From contig JBHGNT010000005.1 of the NCBI GenBank assembly GCA_043228905.1, positions 11,656,001-11,720,000 on the forward strand: a DNA stretch of 64,000 bases. Direction: 5' to 3'. Below the pieces are notes generated by a model, which worked only from the letters and a program-made list of their open reading frames with translations, did no database searches and was not told where the DNA came from. This document shows positions 35,381-49,549 of this stretch, one piece after another (within the stretch, counting starts at the first letter, position 1; each line of letters begins with the position of its first letter). The translations under genes and the position numbers were made by a program. This DNA comes from Azolla caroliniana. Lineage: Eukaryota > Plantae > Polypodiophyta.

Positions 35381-38300
35381 TGTCGACCCCACCCCTTTAA
35401 TCTTCCTCCAAAATGGCCTTGATGTTTGGTTCTGCTCCGGGGATGGCGTAGTGTCCGTAGGCACGTCATTGTGTGGTTCCACTACTTGCTCGGGGGGGAT
35501 TCCCATGGTGTCGCTCGCTTCTTGTGTGGGCGGTCCAGGTTTTGCTGGCTCATCTTGTGCTGTTGTGGTTGGTTTAGCCGTCGGCGGGCTTGCGGCAAGT
35601 CGAGGTTCTGTCTCTTCCGTAACATCCTCCGTGGCGTCGGTTGTAGTTGTACGCTCTAGGGAATGGGGTTGGGGTTCCTCTTGGTCGGTGGTTTTGCTTT
35701 CTGGTATTGCGGAGGGCTCCGTTTGCCATTCCTTGTTGTCCACCGTAGCCGTTATTTCCGGTGATTTGGGTTGAGGTTCCTCTGGTACGGCAGTATCCAG
35801 AATTGGCATCACGATGGATTCCTCGTTTGTTCGTGTGTTGCCGGCTTGCATGATCTGGTGAAACACGTCCTCCTGACTTTCGCCAAAATTGTCGAGTAGC
35901 TGCGTGAGTTCCTCAGAGTGTCGGTTCGCTAACGTACGATAGTCCTACGCTAGGTCCTTGCGTACTGCCACAATGCTTTCCTCATTGAGTTTGTAGAACC
36001 CTCGGCCGTCTTTCCTTCGGTTCTCCCAATCCGCCCGGTATGTATGCAATTCTGTCGCTTCTACGGCCCACGCCATCCAGCCTTTGTCTAGCACTGCTTT
36101 TAATTGCGCCATAAACCTCTCCTGATTTGTTTGCAGAAGTATGCGCATGTTGTCGGTTATTGCTTGGCAATGGTTGCGTGCTTCTTCTACTCTTTTCTTA
36201 AGGTTTTCAATTTCTTGCTTAGCAACCGTCGTCGCTTCCTCGTACGTGCTCCTCATTCCTGCCCATAGCTGAGATTCCTTCAAATGTAATTCTTCCAGCT
36301 TTCCCATTTCAGGTGTATTTCGAGTTGATGCCTCCTCTCCTGTTCCCCAACTAGCTACTCGTCGAACCATGCCTTCTTCTTGTCTAATAACGCCCGGAGT
36401 CCCGTAATCGTTGCTTCCGATTTTTTAACTTCCTCCCGTAGGTTGGCGTTTTCTTCTTTCGTGCGGGTGTGCTGTGTTGCCTCCGCTGCGAGTTTCTCTT
36501 CAAGGATCTTTACTTCCTTTTGGCCGTTGGCCCGGATGTCCTTCTCTCTATTCGAGGACTAGCGAAGTTCGGAGCGTAGGCGGTCAATCTCTGATTCTGC
36601 TAGTTGCATGGCCCGTTTTGCTTTCGAGGCAATGGCGGTCTGGGCTTCAATTTCCTCTCTCAAGGCTTCGGTGGCATTGGTTGTTGGTTGAGCTGCCTAT
36701 TGCGCCGTAGTTGCATTATGCTCCAACTCCACAATGCATGCATTGGCCTTTTGTAACTCGGCTTGGGTCAGTTTGACAGTCTTCGAAACGTTTTAATATT
36801 TAATCGCCATATCCTTGGCACCCATACTGACCTTCACCAGTTCCCTATGAAATTCAATAAGGGCCACGTTTAATGGGGGTAGTTCCATCTCCATACGGAG
36901 GATACCGACGTTCCTTTGTCGGCCAACTCTGGCTAACTGATCCTCATCGTTGCTTTCCGTCATTTGTGTTAGCGTACGCTTGATCATTTGGCGCTCCGTG
37001 TGCTCCTCAGCCATTCGTTGTGAGACTTTTATTTGTTGTGTTGCCAAAAATTCCATGAGTTCAAAAGTGGTTCCAAACTGTAATAGTGCACCAAACTCAT
37101 GGGCTGTGTCCGGAATGTCTGGATACGCCAGGACCTCGCTTTCCGCTGTAAATACGTCTTTCCCCCGCTAAGACTTGGCCGTAATGATTGGCCGTGGTTC
37201 CCGGATTATTTCAAAGGTGGTGTTGGGCTTCGTAGCTCCAGAGCTTTCGACCACGGTCGTCATCCTTGTGGCCGCGAGTGTGTCGTTAACTAACCCGCGC
37301 CCATCTTTCCTATCCGGCCTCCGCCGTTTCGGCCTCGGGCTTTCCTGACGTGGTTCAACTTCCGGTTCCTGTGCAGCTTCCTCGCTACGCTCCGCCCGCT
37401 CTTCCTGTGTTGGCCGTGTGTCGGGTTGGGGTTCATCCTCCCACTCTGTGGTGGCCAACTCCGCTAAGCTTCTCTTCGAGGATCGTGGCGGCGGTGTGGA
37501 TTTGTTGACCTGTGGTGCCGGTAGACCTCAAGGTGGGAACAATATCGTCAGATATTGTTGTATTATAGGCCTTGCTTTTTGCCTCCTTGATACGCATGCA
37601 GGCCTTCCCGTAACGCCAGTCCCGTACTGACCCCCCAATCGACCATACGCCCTTCAAAGGTATCAATGATGATACCTGCCTTCTGCTTGGGCATCCCATA
37701 TGCGTTTACATGTATGCATCCGACCTCCAACAGGAAATTGGCTATTTCGTGGAAAAAGGGTTCGGGGATTTCCTTCGTTCTATATGCCTTGGCGGACGCC
37801 GAATATAGCCCAAAATATCTCTGCAAATTTTCCGCAGGAGGGATTTCGAAATGCCTTTTACCCAGAGATGACAGGTCAAGCTTTTTCCGAATGGATGTGT
37901 TGGTGATCGTGTCGATATTGAGCTTCCTAGCGATGTCCATGGCGTCACGGTGTGGAGGTGCCTCAGCGACTCTGATGTACCCATCCAAGCGTTTCTCCAC
38001 GAGCCATCGACGCAAGGCGACAGAGATGGGTATCGGCATAGTCGGGTTAGGCTTGTGGCCACTGGGTGAGGACTGCTGGCTATGACAAGCTTGAGCTCTG
38101 TGATAGGATGGGGAAGAGGGTGAGGAAGGGGAGCGATGAGAGCGATGAGGTTGGTTTCTGTATTGTGCAGAAAACCTTCTATTTCCTTCTTTTTGTGGCC
38201 TAGGGTTCATTGATTGGTGAGCCATCGTGGTGCCGCATGTTCTTGGCCTAGGAGTCTGTGCATGCCTTAAGTCCTTTTAATAGCGTCGTTATCTTCTTTT

Positions 38301-38992
38301 CTTCTTTTCGTATACTATTTTTACACTATAGTACAAGTGGGGCCCAATACTTACACCGCGGATTCTTCGGCTTTGTCCTGTCCAGCGGGGAACGGGTTAG
38401 GTGGCGTAGGTCCCAGATAAGGTTTCAGGCGAAACCCATTCACTTGTTGACGTCGCACTTCCCCAGCCAATGTGCCAAGTTGAAACATGTCCTGTTCTGC
38501 TCCCACTATCTAGTACGGGCCTATCCAGTAGAATCTTAATTTTCTTGGCATATGCCTCATGCATGTTTGGAAAACTAATACTGCTTTCCCAATAGTAAAG
38601 TCTTTTTCACGCATGTGCCGGTGTTTGTCCACGAAGGCTTTGCGCCACTGTTGTTCCTGCTCTAATATGGCCATACTGCGTAACCTTGTTTCTCCTAGCT
38701 CTAGCAGTTGTTGTAGCCGTACTTGTTCGGATCTACCCTCCAGTAACCGGGCCCGTACTTGAATCTGCAAACAGGGTACTTGGAATTCGACTGGCATCAT
38801 GGCCTCCAGACCAAAAGCTAGCCTGAAAGGCATTGATTGTATGTTGGTCTTATAGCTGGTACGGTATGCGCATAACGCGCTGTGCAATTTGGTATCCCAA
38901 TCCGTTCTGTTCTCGTTGACAATCTTCTTGAGGATAGTTTGTAGGGTTTTGTTCATGGATTCCACCAAGCCATTTGCCTGGGGGTAATACGG

Positions 38993-39722
38993 TGTCGCGT
39001 TGTTACGCGCGTGCGTGGAGAAAGGCGGGACCACGGGGGTCTTGGACTAGGGAGTGACGGAGCGTAGGAAGTCGTGCTTCACCGGAAGCAACCGAAGGGA
39101 GAGAGAGAGCGCGCTTAACACCGACTCACTCACACACACTCGCACACACACACATGCTGACCCGCCTCACGCCCTTATGTACAGGAAATGCAGGAAAAGG
39201 GGGGAAACACCCGACACCAACATAAACGCGAATATACACAGACAGACGCAAACGTATATATATATACATATAAAAGAAGAATACATTCCCGACTTCGAGC
39301 CAGACCAAGATAGCTTACAACAGTCGTCAGCTGTCAAGCTGCCGTCGGGGAGCTCTCGGGCCCGTCGCGCCGAGCGGGGTCTTGCACAGGAGATGAGCTG
39401 CAGCAAACCCTAAGTGAACACGAAGGGGGAGAAGAAGAAGAAACTAACTCTAAACCTAACGGTATACCCTCTAATGCAAAATGGGCAACCCTTTCACAAA
39501 GGGTGTTCCCTTCCTTTTATAGAACAAGGACATGGATGCGTTACAATGTGGGATAAACCCCGATTTACAAGGGATCGTCTGTCCCGACTTGACTACTCTT
39601 TGGCGCCATAAAGGCGCCCTCGATATTCACACTAAATGTACATGGGTGCGTACACACGCTGCACCCCGCCGATGTAGCCAATGTTTCCCGGTTTCCGCCT
39701 CTGGCCGAAATTCTTCACGACA
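38993..39722. mobile_element. Solo LTR family Z, copy 1
   Basis: TGTCG..CGACA ends, 4-bp TSD ACGG. Removal restores integrase VHKKSMPYYPQ. Confidence 0.9.
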
Positions 39723-41582
39723 ACGGCATGCTTTTTTTGTGCACCAAAGCGTAATGTTGGGTCAGTTCGTTGATGACCATATTTAGAAAGTGACTCCCTT
39801 GGTCACTAATGAGCTCAATAGGGCAGCCGAAACGACACCAGATGTGTTCGTAAAGGAATTTCGCCGTGACTGCCGCGGTATTCTCGCGTACTAGTTTCCC
39901 TTCTACCCACTTAGTACAGTAATCCGTGGCCACCAAGATGTACCTATTGCTTGTTCGAGCGGCCGCTGGGGTAAAGGGTCCCACAAATCTAGCCCCCACT
40001 TTTGGAAAGGGTCTAGTGGCAACACTGGTTGGTGTGGCATTCTTGGGACTTCCGTGGGTTGGCCCAGTCGTTGGCATAAATCGCACTATCAGCAATATTC
40101 ATACGCGTCCTTTTGCGTCGTCGGCCACCAAAGTCCTGTTTGCCAAATTTTTCGGGCCGTAACATCGCCCGCGTAATGTCCTCCCGCCGCACCACAATGG
40201 GCTTCGCGTAAAACCGCAACCTTCTCATCCTGTCGAATTCCGCGCCTCCAGATGTCGTCATTGCCTTTGTGGTATAGTATGTCTTCTACCAAACAAAAAT
40301 TTCGACTTCGTATGGCCAACCGTTTTTTCTCGTTCGTCCGTAATTGGGGTGGCGGTAACCCCCTGGTAAGGAAGTAGGTCATTTCCATCAGCCACTGATC
40401 CGGAAAAGTCTTTTCCATTCGTTTTGCTAGAGTTGCTACGCGCAAAATGTCCGCATCCGGAAAGTCGTCGTCATCCTTTTGTGTCGTTTCTCCATTATCT
40501 AGTCTACTCAAGAAATGTGCCACCACGTGTTGCATACCTGGTCGGTGCTGAATTACAAAGTCGAATTCTTGAAGTAGCAGCATCCATCTAGCCAATTTCC
40601 CCGTGAACGCTTGTTTCCCTACCAAATATAGCAATGCCGAATGATCCATGTGAAATGTGAATTTCCGCCCTAGCAGATAATGCGGGAACTTATTGATGTT
40701 GTATATCATACCCAATGCCTCACGTTCCCTTGTGGAATAGTTACGCTCCGCTGTTGATCGTTTCCGACTAGCGTAGTACACTAGCCGGTACCAATTTGGC
40801 TCCGTGAGCTGCATTAGCGCACTACCTATTGCTATATCCAAGGCATCTACGAACACGTGGAATGGCTTCGCCCAAACTGGTGGCTGTACGACGGGTGCCC
40901 GCGTTAGCATTATCTTTAGCGCATCATATGCCTTTTCTTCCTTTGTTGTCCATTTGAAAGGAGTCCAATGAACGACAGCATGTAACGGCGTGGCGAAGTC
41001 CGCCAAATAGCGTATCATCCGACTATGCCATCGTATTTGTCCCAAAAACCGGCTGAGTGCTTTTGTGTTTGTCGGTGTTTTCATGTGAGTAATCGACTGC
41101 TATCCCTTCCTTACTAACTATGTGGCCAAGGAGAGCCCCACTAGTAATGCCGAAGGCGCATTTGGCGGGATTCAGGCTTAAGCGTGCGGTTTGGCAACGC
41201 TCCAGGCAAAGCTGCAGATGCGTAAAATGGTCGGTTGTTGTCCCATATACCACAAAATCGTCTAAAAAAACTCCCCAAAAATGGTCAGTTGTTGTCCCAT
41301 ATATTCCCCAAAAATCTCCGTGATTGTCCGTTGAAATGTAGCCAGCGCCGTCTTTAGCCCGAACATCATGATGACTGCGACATAGACTCCCTAGTCCGTG
41401 ACAAACGTCATCTTCTCTTGGTTGTCGGGGTGCATGCGTACTTGATTGTGCCCACTAAAGCCATCTCAAAAGTTGTACATGTCATGCCCTGCGGCGACGT
41501 CCAGTACGCTATCGGTGAACGGTAAGGGAATGTGTCAGCAATGGTTACGACATTCAACTTCTGATAGTCCACGCATACACGT

Positions 41583-42299
41583 TGTCGAGTTGTTACGCGC
41601 GTGCGTGGAGAAAGGCGGGACCACGGGGGTCTTGGACTAGGGAGCGACGGAGCGTAGTCGCACTTCACCGTTTTCTGGGGCACCCCTGAAACGCACCGGA
41701 AGCAGCCGAAGAGAGAGAGGGAGTGAGAGAGCGTGCTTGACACCGACTCACGCGCGCACACACACACACACACACGCACACACACACACGCCCTCTTGTA
41801 CAGGAAATGCAGGGAAGGAGGGGAGCACCCGACACGAACAAGATGCCAATATACACAGACAGACGCAAACGTATATGTATATATATATAAGAGAATACAC
41901 TCCCGGCTTCGAGCCGGACTAGGATAGTTTACAACAGTCGTCAGCTGTCAAGCCGCCGTCGGGGAGCTCTCGGGCTCGTCGCGCCGAGCGGGGTCTTGCA
42001 CAGGAGATAAGTTGCAGCCAACCCTAAATGAACACGAAGGGGAAGAAGAAGAAACAAAAGAAACCTAACCCTAAACCTACCGGTGGGATGCTTTTATAGA
42101 ACAAGGAGAGGGATGCGTTACAATGTGGGACAAATCCCGACTTTCATGGGATCGTCTGTCCCAACTTGACTACTCTTCGGCGCCATAAAGGCGCCCTCGA
42201 TATTCACACCAAATGTACATGGGTGCGTACACACGCTGCACCCCGCCGATGTAGACAATGTTTCCCGGTTTTCGCCTATGGCCGAAATTCTTCATGACA
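41583..42299. mobile_element. Solo LTR family Z, copy 2
   Basis: TGTCG..TGACA ends, 4-bp TSD ACGT. Removal restores RT KIRVCVDY. Homologous to 38993-39722. Confidence 0.9.
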
Positions 42300-43267
42300 A
42301 CGTATTTTGCAATTTTTCTTTGGTACGACTACTCTCAGGCTTAACCATGTGGCTTGTTTGACTGGTTGTATGAATCCGGCCTTGAGGAGTTTGTCAATTT
42401 CTTCTTTGACGCGAGCCGCGTAGTTTGGGTTCATGTGGTATCGACGCTACTGGACCGGTTTCACATCGGTTGCTAAATGGATCGTATGTTGATAGAACTT
42501 TGGGTCTAACCCTTTTATGTCCTCATGCGACCAAGTGAACATATCTTTATACTTCTTGAGTAGTGTTATCATCATGTCGCTCTGATCCGGCAATAATTCT
42601 TTTGCGATGGAGAGGAATCGGGGTTTGGACTTCGTACCCACGTTTACTTCTTCCAGGGTTAAGGCAGTGACTCGTCGTGAGATTTCAATTTCCCTCTCAA
42701 ACGTTGCCCATGCTCTGCTTAGTTCTAATATTGACTCCGGGTTTGGTTCGTAAGCCTCGTCGTGGAGTGTAGTGACCGTGGCATACTCTGCCACGGTTTC
42801 AATGACGTCTATTTCGAATAGCGAAATGATCCGGGGGTGCTCGTCTAGGTATACCTCTAATTCTATATCATCCACCCTAGCTAGCATATTTATATCCTTC
42901 ATGTATAATGGTGTTATGCCCTTGGGTCGTGCTACCATTTCCTCGGTTGGTACGCGAACCTTGGAGTGTCCGCGTCGAAAGCTGATACACCTATGTTGCC
43001 AACTCTACTTGATATTCGTTGAACGAAGCCACAGTTTGCCCAACAACATAGATACGCTCCTGGGGTGTCAAGGGCGAGGACTACCGCCGAGATGTCGAGG
43101 CGATGTCCTCCCATGATAATGCCTATCTTGCGTATTAAACCCAATGGCCGTACTGAGCGGGTATCCACCATGCGAAGCCAAAACGGGCAAGCCTCCCATT
43201 CTGAAATTCCCAATTGTTCGCATGTCTTTGCGCTAATTACATTAACACCTGAACCACCGTCGATTAC

Positions 43268-43579
43268 TGTTGAGAACCAAGCTCAACCTAGTCTAGTGTG
43301 TGAACACACCCTTGAGAATGTGCACTCAAAGGTCAAAAGTCACCACTCTTATCTACACATTAACTATGTGTCATAGAATCATATTCTATGACACATAACT
43401 AATGAGTTTTCACATTCCCCATGACCCATGAGCTTCGGTAGTTAATGAAGAGAGAGAGTGACTATATAAAGCACTCTCCTCCTACTTTGTAATGTTGTCG
43501 ATTAATCTCCTTTGTAATATACATCTTCTTGAGTACTCTATTGTCTCTCAAAAATCTATCTTTTGTTTCTTTCCTCTAA

Positions 43580-43611
<32 letters not shown>

Positions 43612-46600
43612 TAACACATATCTCTCACCTATTCCGCTACACAAGAATCATACCCAATTCTTTACATGGTATCAGAGCGATTTGATAGCTCGATCTAGCC
43701 CACTCGCCTCATCATGATCATGTGTTGAGCTCTACGCCGACGTTCAAGAAGAATCGGCTCATCGCTATCGTAGTGCGACTACATAGCTCGTATTCAAGAG
43801 AGAAGAAGAAGGAAGAACTCTACATCGAGCATCATGAATACTCAAATGGGGAGTGCTCTCCCTATCGAGAAGTTGGACCGAAACAACTTCGCATCTTGGG
43901 AGTATAAGATGCACCAATACCTTATCGGCCAAGGCTATTGGGGTTACATCAAGGGAGCACAAGAAAACCGACCCGACCCGGAAGACGCCGACTACTCAAC
44001 ATGGGAGCAAGCGGTGAGTCGAGTAATGTATTGCTTGGCGACATGTGTTCACGACCACATGCTTGGTTACATTCGAGAAACCGAGACACTGAAGGAAGCG
44101 TGGGAAAATTTACGAAAGATTTTCGCCGCCAACACGACCGCGTGGAAGCTTCAACTCCGCCAAGAGTTGAACAACATCCAACAATGGGACATGTCCATCA
44201 CAAGCTACACCTTGAGGATCAAGGATCTTTGTGACTCGCTCGGCTCAATAAGCGTCAATGTGGATGATGATGAGATGGTGCAAATATGCCTCGGCAACCT
44301 TGCACCATGGTTCGGCTCGATGAGAATCGCCATCCTAACAAGGGAGAATCCTCCCTCTTTCTTTGATCTTCAATCTATGTTATTGGTTGAAGAGAATCAT
44401 GTTCGAACAAGGAGCAACGCCTCGGAAGGCCACATGCTCTACATGCATTCGAATGGAGGAAGAGGACATGGCCGAGCAAGAGGCCGATTCGGCCAAGGAC
44501 GAGGCGGCGGACGAGGTCCGACTTACGACAACAACTCCCAAATTCGGCAACAAGACGGAAGCCATTGAGGAACCTTCAGAAGAAGGCGGAGCTTCCATTC
44601 TGGTTCGAGTTGACAAAACTCGATCGAATGCGGTTATTGCGGAAAAATCGGCCACCATTAAGAAGAGTGCCGAAAGAAGAAGCGCGAGTCGGCTTCCACA
44701 AGCCGACAACTCACCAATTACGCCACCAACTCCGACTATGAAGATCATGGAGGAATGTTTGTAATGAGACATAGAGCAAATCCTATGTCGGCCTCTACTT
44801 CGACTAATGCCTCCAATCCGGAAGATGTATGGTTCGTCGACTCCGGTGCTTCGAACCATATGACGTCCCATCAAGAATGGTTCAAAGACCTTCGAGAGCC
44901 GGATCGACCCGGTTATGTCGAGACCGGAGACGACACCACTCATCCGATTCGGCATGTTGGCAATGTCCCATTCGGGAAAGAAGGTGAACAAACTTGCATA
45001 AAAAATATCTTACATGTACCCACCATAACGAAGAATTTGGTCTCGGTCGGCCAAATTGTGGAGAAAGGGATACAAGTTCAATTCAACCAAGGAGGTTGCT
45101 TCATCGAGAAGGAAGGCGGACTAATTGCTCGTGGTCGAAGGGAAGGCCAAATGTTTATCCTCAAAGCGAACGAGGTAAAATCGGCCATGTTTGCAAAGGG
45201 CCTCAAACACAACACCGACATAGAGCTATGGCATAAAAGAATCGACCATATCAATCTCAACAAACTCAAGGCGATGCAATCAAAAGGAGTCGTCATTGGG
45301 CTCCCGACCTTCAAAGAGAAAGACATTGAAGGAGTATGTGAAGCATGCCAATTCGGCAAGCAACATTGACACCCATTCCCGAAGGAGAGGAACGTGAGCA
45401 AAGGCCTATTGGACGTTGTCCACTCGGATGTGTGGGGACCGGCACAGATGGCTATGTTCGGAGGATGTCGGTACTATGTTACCTTCATCGATGACTTCTC
45501 TAGATACACATGGATCTTTCCCATGAGGATGAAGAGCGAAGTGTTTACACACTTCCAAAATTTCAAAAGCGAAGTCAAAAAGACAATTGGGCGTCATGTA
45601 CGATGTCTTCGATCAGACAGAGGAAAGGAATACTTCTCCGATGCGTTCATGGCATACCTTCAACAAGAAGGAATTCGGCGAGAATTCACTTGCCGACACA
45701 CACCACAATAGAACGGTGTAGTCGAACGCAAGAATCGGCACATCCTCAAAGTAGCAAGGGTCATGCTAAATGAGAAGCATATGCCCAAGTCATATTGGGT
45801 AGAAGCTGCAAATACCGTCGTCTACCTCATGAACCGGTGCACAACATCCGGAGTGCACGAGGTCACCCCGCACGACAAATACTATGGGAAGAAGCCAGAT
45901 CTATCCCATGTAAGGATATTCGGCTCCATTGCATACGTGCACATTCCCAATGAGAAGCGGCAGAAGCTTGACCCAAAATCAGAGAAGTGCATCCTCGTGG
46001 GGTACTCATTGGAGCAAAAGGGGTACAAGTGCTTCAACCCCTCTACTCGGAAGACTCATGTAAGTCGGGATGTCGTCTTTGAGGAATCGAAATCATGGTA
46101 CAAACCCGAGTAGACTCCTCCCGAACCATCTACGAACAACCTCGACAACACAAAAGATGATGATCAACTAAGGTCAATAATCAAAGAGAGTCCGATCTCA
46201 ACTAGATTGAGTGGACCACAAGAGCCTCCGAGCAACCAAAGCTCATCTCGGCCAAGTACAAAGATGGACAAAGGGAAGGCCAAAATGCCGGAATATGAGG
46301 ATGATCACTTCGATGGCAACGAATCGACTCATTCACTCGATAGTGAGTTCGATGGCTTTGATATGCCTCTTATGAGGTCACCCAGAGTTGAGAAAGCACT
46401 CACATTGGAAAATGAGAAACTCCGTCACTCCACCTGCGAGACGAATCTGGTTAGCCGATGCGGCTACAACGACTATATGGCATACCACTATGCCTTTATG
46501 ATGAAGGTGGCAACAATTCAAGAACCGAAGAGCTTTGCCGAAGCCCCTAAAGATCCTCGATGGGTCGAAGCGATGAACGAGGAGATGCAAGCTCTCAGCA

Positions 46601-48042
46601 AGAATGAGACATGGGATCTCGTCCCTCACTCACCGCATAAGAAGGCAATCGGTTGTAGATGGATATACAAAGTGAAGTATAATGCCGACGGTTCCGTCAA
46701 CCACTACAAAGCTCGACTCATAGCAAAGGGCTACACACAAACACAGGGCATCGACTATGAAGAGACCTTTCCCCCGGTGGCAAAGATGACAACCGTCCGA
46801 AACGTGATAGCGCTTGCAGCAACGAAAGGGTGGCACCTCCACCAGATGGATGTCAAGAACGCTTTTCTTCAAGGCGAATTAGAAGAGGAGGTGTACATGG
46901 TACAACCACCCGGCTTCGAATCCAACATTCATCCGAAAGCCATCTGCCGACTCAAGAAGCCTCTCTACGGCCTTAAGCAAGCTCCATGTGCTTGGCACTC
47001 AAAGATAACACAATATCTTCATCAAATCGGCTTCCGAATGTCAAAATCCGACAATTCTCTCTATGTAAGAAGCGATTCCGAAAGTCCGATCATCATCATC
47101 CTGTACGTGGATGATCTGGTCATTGGAGGTGAGCATCTAATCAACATCAACAAGGTCAAATCCGTCCTTTCCAACAAATTTGAGATGACGGACATGAAAG
47201 AGCTCCACTACTTCCTTGGCATCGAAGTAATTTGGACTCCAGCAGGGATTATGATCTCCCAATGACACTACATTCTTAACTTGTTATACAAGTTCGGGAT
47301 GACAGAGTGCAAGTCTGTGCCAACACCTCTCAACTGAAACCTCAAACTAGATGCCAATTCTGGCACCATAGAGTGTGAGCCGACTCAGTATCGACAACTG
47401 ATCGGTAGTATTATCTACGTCACGATCACTCGACCAGACCTGAGCTATCCGGTCTGCCTTCTTAGCCAGTTCATGCAAATGTCACGAGATATCCATTTGG
47501 ATTGTGCTAAGAGAGTGTTGTGATACATGACCGGAACGATGGACTATGGCATTCTATATAAGTCGGCCACGCCAATTCAACTCAAGGGGTACACAGATGT
47601 CGACTCGGCAGCCTACAAAGCCGACCGACGATCAACCTCTGGTTTTCTCTCCTCCCTTGGAAGTGGAGCCATCTCCTAGAGTAGCAAGAAGCAACCAACC
47701 TCCGCTCTTTCGAGCACAGAGGCCGAATACAAGGGCACGGCGGTGGCTGCATGTGAAGCCGTATGGCTCAAGAGGATATTAAAGGATCTGGGCGTTCCCA
47801 TCAAAGATCCGATTCTCCTTTACTACGACAACATGAGCAGTATTTATCTAGCTCGGAACCCGGTGTTCCACGCACGCACGAAGCATATTGAAGTGCACTA
47901 TCACTTCATTCGAGAGCATGTTCAGGCTGGCGATGTCAACCTTCAACATATGTCTACAAATCTTTAGACAACCGACATCTTCACCAAAGCCCTAGGAGCC
48001 GACAAGCTTCGGCAATTCCTATCAAACCTTGGGTTGACGGTC
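43268..48042 (+). mobile_element. Copia-2: 5' LTR (43268-43666), PBS, degenerate gag-pol (43834-48040); 3' LTR missing
   Basis: TGTTGAG..TTTACA then TGGTATCAGAGC; WFVDSGASNH, VHSDVWGP, HQMDVKNAFLQG, LYVDDL, HARTKHIEVHYH. Joined abruptly to a Gypsy LTR fragment. Confidence 0.92.
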
Positions 48043-48220
48043 CTATGCACCAAAATTTACACACTACGTCTATCAGAGGATTTCTGCCCTTTATATACAC
48101 AGGGTCTTTTAGCCGTTCACGCTTCCTGCGTGAACCATTTACATGCGTTACAATTTTACTATATTCTATATTCTATATTCTATATTTCTGCACTCTTGTC
48201 CATCGATTACTATTCCGGCG
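48043..48220 (-). repeat. Partial Gypsy LTR, probably the 5' LTR remnant of element A
   Basis: Closely matches 35210-35380. Confidence 0.75.
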
Positions 48221-49014
48221 GACAACACCGACGCGGTGTGGGGAGGTTTGTGTTGTGCTGGTGGTTTCACTATGATTATGAAGTGGGGATAGGACAATCT
48301 GCCCAGTCCTGCTTTGCTTAGTGAACATGGACTCGAGTATGCTCTTCGAGAGATCCGGAAAGCTGTTGTTGAGGCATGCATTTTGCGCAGCGCGTTCCAC
48401 TGCCCTTCGGGTTTCGGCCCGGGTTTGTGGTCTAACTTGCTGAATTGGTTCTTTGCTACGTCGGCGGCTAGATATCCATTCCCTGATGTTCGGCGGTGAA
48501 AATCACAGATCACTAGGAGTCACGCAAAAAGTGTTACCAAGTAGGGTAAACACAACCTACCCTCAGTCCTTCGTGGTACGGCTCAAGAAGATTATGGTGC
48601 AAGGAATGGAGAGCATATACAAGTTATTCACGAATGGTTGGGAGCGTAGTGCGTAACGTGGCGTAAGCTTAGTGGAAGGAGACGTGGGAAGACAGCCACA
48701 ACCAACCTTCTCCCACGGTGCATAAGCTTTACACAAAAAACCCTTACACACTTAATCACGCTCCAAGTATATGCAACAACTGAGAGACACGACAATTTGG
48801 AGCAACAAAAACTATGTTCAAAGATTACCAAATACTACACTAGCTTTTACAAGTGTCCCATGCCCTTTATATACAGGTTCATGGTCGGTTACGCCTGGAG
48901 CATGAACCGTTACAGAAATTCAAAAATACTTCATTCTTACACTTTGGATGTTTTTGTCCCTACACCTTCTTTTTCTTCTTCCTTTTCCCACTTGGCCGAC
49001 TTAGATGACCAACA
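48221..49014 (-). mobile_element. Related Gypsy fragment: LTR-like region and gag start
   Basis: Minus ORF contains RLSYPHF, as in the gag start of element B. TGCCCTTTATATACA..GAACCGTTACA resembles the 35.2-kb LTR. Confidence 0.55.
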
Positions 49015-49049
49015 TCTGTCACCACGACCCCGAGTAGGAGTCAAAGGGT

Positions 49050-49420
49050 GGTCATCTTGACTATTGGACAAAATATCTCATCGTAATTAACTCAATGTTC
49101 TTTCTTGAAGCCCTTTGCGATGAGTCGAGCTTTGTATTTGGATTTTTTCGAATTGAATACATATTTTTATCGAAAAATCCATTTACAGGGTAACGACTTC
49201 CTTTGGGCTAGTAGTTCGACCAACTCCCATGTCTGATTCTTATGAATCAAGTCCATCTCGGATTTCATTGCTTGTAGCCATGTGTTGGCATCTGGTGGTG
49301 CCATAACTTCTTCGTATGTGCTTGGTTAGCTTGCATCGGTGTAATTGACGTAGTCAAGGCCCGGTTGATAGAACTTTGTCGGTCTTCGAACTTGTCTGAT
49401 CACCTGGCTACCATATGGAT
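49050..49420 (-). mobile_element. Copia RT fragment
   Basis: Minus strand PSTYEEVM..WLQAMKSEMDLIHKNQTWELV..CKWIF..YKARLIAKGF..EIFCPIVKMTT. Confidence 0.8.
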
Positions 49421-49549
49421 CGGTTCCACTACTTCTGTTAGTTCGGTTAGCCGATTGGAATTACTTAGGAAGACACGAGATTAACCCTAGATCCGATATG
49501 GCAAGCACTGGTAGACTGCGAAACTACATTGATCATGGACAAGCTATTA

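Larger units (their letters stand above)
35381..43267 (-). mobile_element. Non-chromovirus Gypsy element A: protease, RT, RNase H, integrase and 3' extra ORFs, degenerate
   Basis: IDGGSGVN, FHVFVDA, ATDYCTKWVE, ISDQGSHF, YYPQANGLVE. Extra sense ORFs at 38225-35400. Confidence 0.9.
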
